Sequence record: SRR2962707_2232
Strand: one strand, 5' to 3'
Length of the DNA: 20,000 bases
Of the stretch, positions 1 through 8,035 are shown one piece after another. Made by a program: the position numbers and the translations under genes. Every line of letters begins with the position of its first letter. The stretch's first letter is position 1. A model generated the notes under the pieces. That model was not told the DNA's origin and searched no databases. It saw nothing but the letters and a program-made list of their open reading frames with translations.

Positions 1-673
1 TGTGGGTGAGCCGACATCAATGCAAGTTGCAACGGGGCATAAGGGCAAGGCTGTGATGCGCGCTATCTGCCATGGAACAAGTGGCCATTCCGCGCTCGCG
101 CCGCTCTTTACCAATGCTTTGCACCTTGCGACCGATTTCGTTGCGGCTTTGCGTCAGATACAGGCAGACTTAGCGGGCGGCCATTTGCAGGATGAAGCTT
201 ATAGAATTCCCTATAGCACCATCCATGTTGGCCAAATGAGCGGCGGCGAAGCACTTAATATTGTGCCAGATCATGCAGAGGTTTTGTTTGAATTTCGCCA
301 CTTGGCCGAAGATCGTCGTGAAGATTTGCAACGTATAATCGAAGATGCTGCAGCATCGGTTGTCAGCCGCTATACGCACGATGACCCGAGCGCGGCCATA
401 ACTTTAAAACTTGAAAATGCTTATCCTGGGCTGAATGTTGATCCAAATAGCGATTTTGTGAGTTTTGCGAAAAACATCGCCCAAAGTAATCATACGACAA
501 AGGTTGCGTTTGGTACCGAGGCTGGTTTTTTTGATGCTTTGGGCATTCCCACAGTTGTTTGCGGACCTGGCTCCATGGAAGGGCAGGGACACAAAGCAGA
601 CGAATTTATTGAGGAGAGCGAATTGCTCGCCTGCGATAAAATGCTGGACCGGTTGCTCGCGAGCATGTGCTAG
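1..673 (+). CDS. argE: Acetylornithine deacetylase-like M20 metallo-amidohydrolase (5' truncated by window edge)
   Basis: Frame is open from the window start to TAG at 671-673. M20/ArgE motifs: GEPT, GHKG, GHSA..P...NA, ALNIVPD, FGTEAG, CGPGS....GHKADEFI. May be a catabolic paralog rather than the arginine-biosynthesis copy. Confidence 0.85.
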   Translation, partial: VGEPTSMQVATGHKGKAVMRAICHGTSGHSALAPLFTNALHLATDFVAALRQIQADLAGGHLQDEAYRIPYSTIHVGQMSGGEALNIVPDHAEVLFEFRHLAEDRREDLQRIIEDAAASVVSRYTHDDPSAAITLKLENAYPGLNVDPNSDFVSFAKNIAQSNHTTKVAFGTEAGFFDALGIPTVVCGPGSMEGQGHKADEFIEESELLACDKMLDRLLASMC

Positions 674-681
674 TAATTATT

Positions 682-1620
682 TTAAGGCGCATCATGACGT
701 GCGCGGACAGATGACAAAATGGACGAAACGTCGCTAGCAAGCAAATCTGCAACCTTTGTTGCAATGCGAGGTAGGGCACGGCGTGAGCTGATAGCCAGCG
801 TAATATTTTGCGGCATGATATTTTGGCCGACGACGGCGATGCCAACGAGCCTGCCATCCATTAATTCTTGCGCGGCATCGAGTTCCGAAGTCAGCGCAAC
901 ATGACTGCCAGAGACAACCAGTTGCTTTAGAAGTTGCAGCGAGTTGGTAACCACTGGTGCGCGGTTTTCCGAAAACATCCAAGCATGGCGTGCTTCCAGC
1001 ATACGCCTGATCGCAAGCGCCGGACTTTGCACGGCGGTCGCATAGTCGCGCACGTCTGACAATCGAACTTCCTTGAGCGCAGCCAATGGATGATCTGGTG
1101 CCGCAATGCAGAACAATGGAAGCTCTTCGGTCCAAATTATATAAATATCTTTTTGTGGGCGAAGATTAAACGAAAGCGCTAAATCTGCCTCTCCTGCATC
1201 GAGCGCTAATAACGCATCGTCCGGCGTCGCGATTTCAACATCAATACGCACTTTTGGATAGATTTCAGCAACATCGTGAAGAAATCGCGGCAAGACGCTG
1301 TTTACAAGGCTGTCCATAGTAACCAAGCGAATGTGCCCAAAACTCACACCCTGCATCTGCTTTACATCAGACCATATTCTATCTTCGTCCGCTTTCCACC
1401 GCCGTGCGAGAACGACGAACATTTCACCAACAGGTGAAATGCTCATGCCTGTTGTTGTTCTGTCGAAAAGCTGCACGCCGAGGCGATCTTCCAGCAATTT
1501 GATCTGACGATCAATGGCCGAAGCAGCTATGCCAATTGCGCGTGATGCCGCTTGAATTGAGCCATGCTCGGCGACAGCTTCCACATATTGTAGTGCCCTT
1601 GGGACGAGATGTAGCGCCAT
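682..1620 (-). CDS. LysR-family transcriptional regulator (LysR-1)
   Basis: 312 aa. N-terminal LTTR HTH (VAEHGSIQAASRAIGIAASAIDRQIKLLEDRLGVQLFDR) plus a substrate-binding domain. Divergent from the uraD-TRAP operon. Confidence 0.95.
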   Translation of the reverse strand: MALHLVPRALQYVEAVAEHGSIQAASRAIGIAASAIDRQIKLLEDRLGVQLFDRTTTGMSISPVGEMFVVLARRWKADEDRIWSDVKQMQGVSFGHIRLVTMDSLVNSVLPRFLHDVAEIYPKVRIDVEIATPDDALLALDAGEADLALSFNLRPQKDIYIIWTEELPLFCIAAPDHPLAALKEVRLSDVRDYATAVQSPALAIRRMLEARHAWMFSENRAPVVTNSLQLLKQLVVSGSHVALTSELDAAQELMDGRLVGIAVVGQNIMPQNITLAISSRRALPRIATKVADLLASDVSSILSSVRARHDAP

Positions 1621-1623
1621 GAG

Positions 1624-1650
1624 TATCCATTCTAATAATTAGTACGGATA
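1624..1650. promoter_or_regulatory. 27-bp dyad in the divergent promoter region; candidate LysR-1 operator
   Basis: TATCCATTCTAAT-A-ATTAGTACGGATA: 11 of 13 arm positions are complementary. It begins 4 bp upstream of the LysR-1 start codon. Confidence 0.55.
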
Positions 1651-1726
1651 GTTGTCGATAATGTCATGGATTGCAATGCAAAAAGAGTGAAGGATCAAAT
1701 CAAGAGAAAAGCAAACAGAGCAAAAA

Positions 1727-2284
1727 TTGTCCTACACAGTTGAAAATTTAAACGCTGCAACACGCAAACAGGCAATTGAGATGATGGAACCTCTTGTCGA
1801 AGGTGCGTTGTGGGTTTCAGCCGCAGCGGTTGATCACCGCCCATTTTTGGAAGCATCTGCGATTGCTGATGCGCTCGTTGAAACAATCTTGGCGGCTGAT
1901 GAAGGTGCGCAAGTTAAAATGTTTAGCGCTCACCCTGAACTTGCTGGGCGTGAAGCCATTGAAGGCCGAATGACGCAAGCTTCTACCAGCGAACAATCGC
2001 GGCTGGGTTTACTTTCATTGACGTCTGCTGACGCCAATCGGTTTCGTGATCTTAACAAGGCCTATCAACATCGATTTGGGCACCCATTCATCATTGCGCT
2101 TCATGGCGTTCCAGATCTCGGCACACTGTTTGAAATATTTGAACGCCGCTTGGCCTCAACCCAAGAGGAAGAGCACGCATCGACACTGACAGAAATCGCC
2201 TCCGTTATTCGTTCACGTGTGGATCGGACATTTGGATCCCACAAGAATAGTCAACTTGATATTTCCCCCCAAAACCAGGAGTAA
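1727..2284 (+). CDS. uraD: OHCU decarboxylase-family protein (2-oxo-4-hydroxy-4-carboxy-5-ureidoimidazoline decarboxylase-like)
   Basis: 185 aa with a TTG start (start uncertain). Family motifs: RPF, HPELAG (catalytic His, codon 1931-1933), S..EQ..LGL, LN..Y...FGHPFII. Confidence 0.85.
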   Translation: MSYTVENLNAATRKQAIEMMEPLVEGALWVSAAAVDHRPFLEASAIADALVETILAADEGAQVKMFSAHPELAGREAIEGRMTQASTSEQSRLGLLSLTSADANRFRDLNKAYQHRFGHPFIIALHGVPDLGTLFEIFERRLASTQEEEHASTLTEIASVIRSRVDRTFGSHKNSQLDISPQNQE

Positions 2285-2290
2285 ACTAAT

Positions 2291-3286
2291 ATGAAATCAC
2301 TCATCAAACTTTTGACCTCTACCGCCGTCACATTGACTCTGCTTAGCGCTGCCAACGCAGCAGAAACGATCCGTGTGGCGGGCAATTTCGCCACTGAACA
2401 TTCATCTTCACTTGCAATGAAAAAATTTGAGGAAGAATTAGAACGCCTTTCAAATGGTGAAATCGACGTAAACATATTCCCTGCACAGCAACTTGGTGGC
2501 GCGGCTGAAAATGTGCAGGCTGTTAAAATTGGTGCAATTGAACTGATGTGGGTCGGCACCGCCTATTTGACACGCACCGTGCCCGGCTTGGAAATTGTGG
2601 GCCTTCCATTCCAGTTTGAAAGCCGCGAACAGGCATTTTCCATCGTCGATGGCCCTGTTGGTGTTGCGCTTGATTCAAAGCTTGCTGATGAGGGCATCAC
2701 ATCTATGGGCTATATGGAACTCGGGTTTCGCCAATTGACCAACAATGTGCGCCCCATCGAAAAAGTTGAAGACATCGAAGGTTTGAAAATTCGATTGCAA
2801 CCAAACGAAACACACCTTGCGACTTTCCGCGCATTGGGTGCGAACCCAGTGGCAATGGATGTGAAGGAATTATACTCGGCGCTTGAGCAGGGTGTGATCG
2901 ATGGACAAGAAAATCCGTTCGCGATTATTAATGTTGCAGGTTACGCTGAGGTGCAGAAGTATCTTTCTAACACTGGCCATTTCTTCGATTTCATCTCTGT
3001 TGTTGGAAACAAAAAATGGTTTGATGGATTAGATGCCGATACACAAGCAATGGTCAAAGAAGCCATGACAACCGCCATTGCCTACCAGCGGGAATTGGCA
3101 AAGGAACAAGATGCTGCAGGCTTAGACACACTGATTGGAAAGGGCATGAGCTATACTGAAGTATCGCCAGAGCTAGCGACCGCGCTACGCGAAAAAACAG
3201 CTGGAGTTGCTGCTGACACAAAATCTAGGATCGACCCAGAACTTGTTAAACTGCTGGATGGCGAACTCGCCAAGCTTAGCAACTAA
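2291..3286 (+). CDS. dctP: TRAP transporter substrate-binding protein (DctP family), system 1
   Basis: CAGGAG RBS and Sec-type signal peptide (…SAANA|AE). Motifs FPAQQLG, GFRQLT, GLKIR (conserved carboxylate-binding Arg), ELYSALEQGVIDGQENP. Confidence 0.95.
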   Translation: MKSLIKLLTSTAVTLTLLSAANAAETIRVAGNFATEHSSSLAMKKFEEELERLSNGEIDVNIFPAQQLGGAAENVQAVKIGAIELMWVGTAYLTRTVPGLEIVGLPFQFESREQAFSIVDGPVGVALDSKLADEGITSMGYMELGFRQLTNNVRPIEKVEDIEGLKIRLQPNETHLATFRALGANPVAMDVKELYSALEQGVIDGQENPFAIINVAGYAEVQKYLSNTGHFFDFISVVGNKKWFDGLDADTQAMVKEAMTTAIAYQRELAKEQDAAGLDTLIGKGMSYTEVSPELATALREKTAGVAADTKSRIDPELVKLLDGELAKLSN

Positions 3287-3289
3287 CCG

Positions 3290-3775
3290 ATGTGGCTCGA
3301 CCGCTCATTGACTTCACTTCTTGCGCGTGCCGATTTCGGCGCGCGCATGATGGTCATCACATTTGCCGCGGCAATGGTTGTCGTGGTCTCATCCCAAGTC
3401 TTCATGCGCTATGTGCTCAATGGATCATTTGATTGGGCTGATGAAGTGAGCCGCCTAGCATTTGTTTGGACGATCTTCCTTGCAATACCGCTTGGCATTC
3501 GCGACGGGACCCATGTTGGTATTGACCTATTCGTCCAGCGGGTGCCCGAAAACCTGCGTTCGCCAATAGCGCGATTGATGAATCTGCTGGCTGCGGCAAT
3601 GATATTGGTTGTCTTCTGGACCTGTTTAACGGTCGCTATAGCAACATGGTCCGAGCGTTTGGGTTCGATTAACATAACTTCAAGCGTTTTCTTCTTTCCG
3701 CTGATAATCGGCTCATTACATTCGGCACTTCACCTAATTCAACTTGGCCTATTTCCGTCAGGACAAAGCAAATGA
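3290..3775 (+). CDS. dctQ: TRAP transporter small permease, system 1
   Basis: 161 aa with about 4 TM segments. DctQ motifs QVFMRY, W..EVSR...VW..FL, HVGID. Confidence 0.92.
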   Translation: MWLDRSLTSLLARADFGARMMVITFAAAMVVVVSSQVFMRYVLNGSFDWADEVSRLAFVWTIFLAIPLGIRDGTHVGIDLFVQRVPENLRSPIARLMNLLAAAMILVVFWTCLTVAIATWSERLGSINITSSVFFFPLIIGSLHSALHLIQLGLFPSGQSK

Positions 3776-5052
3776 GCCTCCTTGTTATTCTAATTTTTTT
3801 GGTGCTTGCGTTTTTGGGTATGCCTTTGGCCTTTTCATTGGGCGTGTCCGCAGTTGCGGGACTTTTGTTCGCCGGTTTTGATCTGAATGTGATGGCCCCG
3901 CGCTTATTAAATGCGGTTAATTCGTTCCCACTTATGTCAATTCCGCTTTTCATGATTGCGGGTGAGTTGATGTTGAAAGGCGGAATAATGGACCGCATAA
4001 TCGACTTCGCAAACGCTTTTATTGGCCGGGTTAGAGGTGGGTTGGCACAAGTCACGATTATTGCTGGCGCAGGGCTTGCTTCAGTATCGGGCGCAGCGGT
4101 GGCTGATGCTTCTGCCTTGTCCTCCACGCTGGTTCCATCTCTTCGCAAGCAATATGGCCTTGGGTTTTCTACCGGCATTGTGGCCGCGGCCGCTAATCTT
4201 GGACCGATTATTCCGCCGTCGGGCGCGATGATTGTCTACGCATTTATGGCGGGATCCACTGTTTCAGTTGGTGGGCTGTTTATGTCCGGCGTTATTCCAG
4301 GCCTGATCCTGTTTTTAACCTTTATGGCGCTTTGCTGGTTCATCGCTTGGAAGCGTGATTACCCGCTCGCCGGTGAGCCGATTTCAATCTCAAATATTTT
4401 GCGCGAAACTAAACGAAGCCTCGTTGTTTTCATGATGCCGGTGATCGTTATTGGGGGCATTGTAGCTGGTGTTTTTACACCAACTGAAGGGGCTGCAGTG
4501 GGCGTATGCTACGCGCTTTTTCTTGGTTTCTTCGTTACAAAGAAGCTTAAAGTTAAGGACCTACCGCATGTTCTTCTAGACGCGGCAAAGACATCTGCTC
4601 TGGTCGGCGCAATGATCGCGTTTGCCTCTACAATCACATTCCTTTTTACAATCGACCTTTTGCCCATGAAGTTGGCAGGTCTCATGCAAGGTTTGACCAC
4701 AAGCCCATTTCTATTTTTGTGCTTAGTTGCTGTCATGCTTTTGGTGGTTGGAATGTTCTTGGAATCCAACGCTGCCTACATCATGCTTGTCCCGCTTTTC
4801 CATCCAATCGCGGTCCAATTTGGCATTGATCCGCTTCATTTCGGTTTCCTATTTGTCCTTAACCTTGTCATAGGCATGCTTACGCCGCCTGTTGGTGTGG
4901 TGCTATTTGTTGTCTACGGCATAACGGGCGTGAAAATGGGTGAACTGGTGCGAGAAAGCTGGCCATTTATCGCAGCGATGTATGCATTGCTGATTTTATG
5001 TATGGTCTTTCCTAGCATTGTCACGTGGCTTCCAAGCCAGATGGGTTACTGA
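3772..5052 (+). CDS. dctM: TRAP transporter large permease, system 1
   Basis: 426 aa, very hydrophobic. Motifs IPLF, RGGLA, SGAAVAD, IIPPS, FTPTEGA, DPLHFG, TPPVG. ATGA overlap with dctQ. Confidence 0.95.
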   Translation: MSLLVILIFLVLAFLGMPLAFSLGVSAVAGLLFAGFDLNVMAPRLLNAVNSFPLMSIPLFMIAGELMLKGGIMDRIIDFANAFIGRVRGGLAQVTIIAGAGLASVSGAAVADASALSSTLVPSLRKQYGLGFSTGIVAAAANLGPIIPPSGAMIVYAFMAGSTVSVGGLFMSGVIPGLILFLTFMALCWFIAWKRDYPLAGEPISISNILRETKRSLVVFMMPVIVIGGIVAGVFTPTEGAAVGVCYALFLGFFVTKKLKVKDLPHVLLDAAKTSALVGAMIAFASTITFLFTIDLLPMKLAGLMQGLTTSPFLFLCLVAVMLLVVGMFLESNAAYIMLVPLFHPIAVQFGIDPLHFGFLFVLNLVIGMLTPPVGVVLFVVYGITGVKMGELVRESWPFIAAMYALLILCMVFPSIVTWLPSQMGY

Positions 5053-5795
5053 TGCGCCTTTTACTCCTCAACCCGAACACCACAGAAGCGCTAACGCATC
5101 GGCTTCAAAATTCGGCAGTGCGCGTGCTTCCCAAGGACGTCGAGGTTATTCCTGTCACAAGCGTCAAAGGGTTCCCCTATATCTCTTCGCGCGCAGAAGC
5201 CCAGATTGCAAGCGCGGAAGTCTTATCCATTTTTGCTGAGCGGCTAGAAGATTTTGATGCTGCTGTGATTGCAGCCTTTGGCGATCCGGGCCTAAGCGCT
5301 GCGCGCGAGCTGTTTAATAAACCGATAACTGGCATGTCGGAAGCGTCAATGGTGACGGCGCTTTCGCTTGGCGAGAAGTTTGCCTTTGTAACTTTTTCGC
5401 CCAGTCTTTCAGCGTGGTATGAAGATCAGGTGCGCAGATCTAGTCTGGAAGCTCGTTTTGCGGGAACCTTTACCCCTGAAACAAAATTTGCGTCAATTAC
5501 CGCTGTCGCGGAGGATTTGCGATTACCTTTGATTGAAACATGCAAACGTGCATCCAATGCTGCGGATGTTATAATTCTTGCTGGTGCGCCAATTGCTGGC
5601 TTGGCAGACGAGATTGCGGACGAAGTTCCGGCAATTCTCATCGATCCTATTCAGGCAGCCGCTATACAAGCCTATGCACTTCAACGGCTTCGGCCATCAG
5701 GCGCAAGCGTTGGGAGTTTTGCTCGGCCACTTAAGAAAGATAGTATGGGTCTGCCAAAGCCACTGTCCAATTGGATTGCTCATCGGCAGGACTGA
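5052..5795 (+). CDS. Asp/Glu/hydantoin racemase-family protein (allantoin racemase-like fold) lacking both canonical catalytic Cys
   Basis: Start reassigned to the ATG at 5052 (TGATG overlap with the dctM stop). It begins MRLLLLNPNTT, the typical family N-terminus, and has IAAFGDPGL.AARE, GMSEA and ILAGAPIAG. Confidence 0.85.
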   Translation: MRLLLLNPNTTEALTHRLQNSAVRVLPKDVEVIPVTSVKGFPYISSRAEAQIASAEVLSIFAERLEDFDAAVIAAFGDPGLSAARELFNKPITGMSEASMVTALSLGEKFAFVTFSPSLSAWYEDQVRRSSLEARFAGTFTPETKFASITAVAEDLRLPLIETCKRASNAADVIILAGAPIAGLADEIADEVPAILIDPIQAAAIQAYALQRLRPSGASVGSFARPLKKDSMGLPKPLSNWIAHRQD

Positions 5796-5928
5796 AAGGG
5801 CGCGGTGTTATTTGCGGTATGAAACGATGGGCTTAATCGCACACGATTAGCGCATAGGCGCTATTGTCGTTACGCCAAAAGCCATTGTATCGTGATGCTC
5901 AGCTTTATTTAAATTTTGCAGAGAGCTT

Positions 5929-6834
5929 ATGAACCAAAAGCAACTGACGGCCTTTTATATGGTTATGCGGCATGGCTCGATAACCGAGGCTTCTCGCGCA
6001 TTATCGGTGTCCCAGCCTGCTGTTAGCCGCCTGATTTCGGATCTAGAGGCCAGTATCGGTTTTGAGCTTTTGTTGCGAACCGGCGGTCGATCTGTGCCCA
6101 CGCCTGAGGCGCATGAACTGTATCAGGAGGTGGAGCGGATGTTCTACAGCCTCGATAGGCTCAAAGTTGCCGCCGATGAAATTCGCACGCTCAAACGCGC
6201 GGTCTTCCGCGTTGCTTCCATGCCCATGGTCAGTTTTGAAATTTTGCCTTTGGCGCTGCGCCACATGGTGGAGCAATATGGCGGTATCGACATTTCTCAC
6301 GATGTGCACACATCGCGCCGCATCGTTGATCTTTTAGCTTCCCGCCAGATTGACCTTGGCATCGCCCAGACCGATCCTGGGCGCCAAGATGTCGAGGTGC
6401 TGGCGTCGTTTCGTACCCACTGCGTCTGCGTTATGGCGCCTGACCATCCCTTCGCGGGTAAGGAGATCATCAAGCTAAAGGATTTAGCGGATGAAGCGAT
6501 TATCGCGCTCAATTTTCGTACGCTGACACATAATTACATGATGCGTTGCTTCGCAGAGGCAGGCATTAACCCACGTATCGTCGCCGAAACGCAACCGAGT
6601 TACTCTGCGTGTAGTTTGGCGGCACTGGGTGTTGGCATCGCGATTGTCGATCCCATTACGCCCGACGTATTCGCATCGAGATTAAGCGTGGTCCCATTTG
6701 AAGCGGTCATCCCGTTTGACTATCAAATCCTCAAGCCTGCGGGTGTTCCAATGTCTCTCGCAGTTGAGCGCTTTTTCGATGCTTTGCTTGAAATTATCAA
6801 ATCGCGCCCTCATTATGGGGAACTTAGGACATAA
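5929..6834 (+). CDS. LysR-family transcriptional regulator (LysR-2)
   Basis: 301 aa. HTH GSITEASRALSVSQPAVSRLISDLE followed by an LTTR substrate-binding domain. Directly upstream of, and co-oriented with, operon B. Confidence 0.95.
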   Translation: MNQKQLTAFYMVMRHGSITEASRALSVSQPAVSRLISDLEASIGFELLLRTGGRSVPTPEAHELYQEVERMFYSLDRLKVAADEIRTLKRAVFRVASMPMVSFEILPLALRHMVEQYGGIDISHDVHTSRRIVDLLASRQIDLGIAQTDPGRQDVEVLASFRTHCVCVMAPDHPFAGKEIIKLKDLADEAIIALNFRTLTHNYMMRCFAEAGINPRIVAETQPSYSACSLAALGVGIAIVDPITPDVFASRLSVVPFEAVIPFDYQILKPAGVPMSLAVERFFDALLEIIKSRPHYGELRT

Positions 6835-6846
6835 GTTTTTTTCATG
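6830..6846. promoter_or_regulatory. Candidate LTTR recognition box (T-N11-A) for the operon B promoter
   Basis: CATAAGTTTTTTTCATG contains T6832-N11-A6844 with a CAT…ATG dyad and a T-rich core. It is followed by an AT-rich stretch and lies about 105 bp upstream of the dctP2 start. Confidence 0.5.
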
Positions 6847-6950
6847 AGGTCAGCATTTAATTGTATTTGATTTAATGTTCCCCTCGGCGAATAGTCACAT
6901 CCAGAAGAGCTTAATTTGTCCATACCATCACACAACGATAGGGAAAATTC

Positions 6951-7946
6951 ATGAACATTTCACGCCGCACATTGCTCGCACTCGCAGCAAGCGTCACGCC
7001 TTTAGCCATCACAAGTTCTGCTTTCGCTGCAGACTATACATTGCGCATTCATACGCTCGTAAAATCGCCGCATCCATACAACGATATGGCCGCTGCCATC
7101 AAAGAAGAAGTTGAAGCTAAAACGGATGGTCGTGTGGAAGTGACAATTTTCGACAGTGGCCAGCTTGGACAAGATCCTGCGGTTATCGGTGAGATGGCTT
7201 TTGGTACGATCGACATGATGATTTCGAGTACATCGAACGCAGTTCAGCAAATTCCGGAATTTGGTATTTTCACAATGCCATATCTCTTTGCAGGTATGGA
7301 TGAAGAGCTTGCACTTGTTGGTCCAGGCACGCCGGTTCAAGCGCATTTTGAAAAAGTTTACGCAGATCGCGGCGTTGGCATGAAATTGTTGGCGCTTGGT
7401 GGTTCTGGTACGCGCAATATGTCGACGACTAAAGTCGTTGTAAAAGGTCCAGAAGATCTTGCTGGCATTAAAATGCGTACGCCGCCATCACCAATGGATT
7501 CAGAGACTTGGTCAGCGTTCGGCATGTTGCCGGTGACGGTTGCATGGGGCGAACTTTATGCTGCGATGCAAACCGGCGTAGCAGAAGCGATGGAAAGCTC
7601 TTTGCCAGGTTATAATGGCTCGAAACTTTATGAAGTTGCGCCAAACCTAACATTGACCGAACATACAATTCAGGCAAACCACATCTCTATGTCTGAAGTG
7701 TCTTGGAATAAACTGCCAGAAGATATCCAAGCGATTGTTCAGGAAGCTGCGAATTCAGCCAATATTCTGGGTGTGGAAAAAGCCAAAGCCTATGATGCAG
7801 CTTTGGTTGAAACTTTGGCGAACGAGCACGGCGTAACCGTTACTTACCCAGATAAAGCCGCCTTTATGAAGGTCGTTGCACCACTACAGGCGAAACTGGC
7901 CAATGATCTTGACCTCGTCGAAGAGTACGAGCTTCTCAAGCAATAA
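6951..7946 (+). CDS. dctP: TRAP transporter substrate-binding protein (DctP family), system 2, with twin-arginine-like signal
   Basis: AGGGA RBS. N-terminus MNISRRTLL…SAFA|AD. Motifs SGQLG, GIKMR (conserved Arg), WGELYAAMQTGV. Confidence 0.93.
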   Translation: MNISRRTLLALAASVTPLAITSSAFAADYTLRIHTLVKSPHPYNDMAAAIKEEVEAKTDGRVEVTIFDSGQLGQDPAVIGEMAFGTIDMMISSTSNAVQQIPEFGIFTMPYLFAGMDEELALVGPGTPVQAHFEKVYADRGVGMKLLALGGSGTRNMSTTKVVVKGPEDLAGIKMRTPPSPMDSETWSAFGMLPVTVAWGELYAAMQTGVAEAMESSLPGYNGSKLYEVAPNLTLTEHTIQANHISMSEVSWNKLPEDIQAIVQEAANSANILGVEKAKAYDAALVETLANEHGVTVTYPDKAAFMKVVAPLQAKLANDLDLVEEYELLKQ

Positions 7947-7968
7947 GCTAGAACTGGCGCTAAATCGA

Positions 7969-8007
7969 AAGTAGGGCCATGGGCCGTTGTGCCCGTGGCT
8001 CCCACTT
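7969..8007 (+). other. Intercistronic stem-loop after dctP2 (likely mRNA stabiliser or partial terminator)
   Basis: GCCATGGGC-(CGTTGT)-GCCCGTGGC at 7976-7999 forms a 9-bp stem with one G-U pair, extendable by AAGT/ACTT. There is no immediate U-tract. Confidence 0.6.
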
Positions 8008-8035
8008 GAAAGTATCCTCTTTTGAAAGGTCTCTC

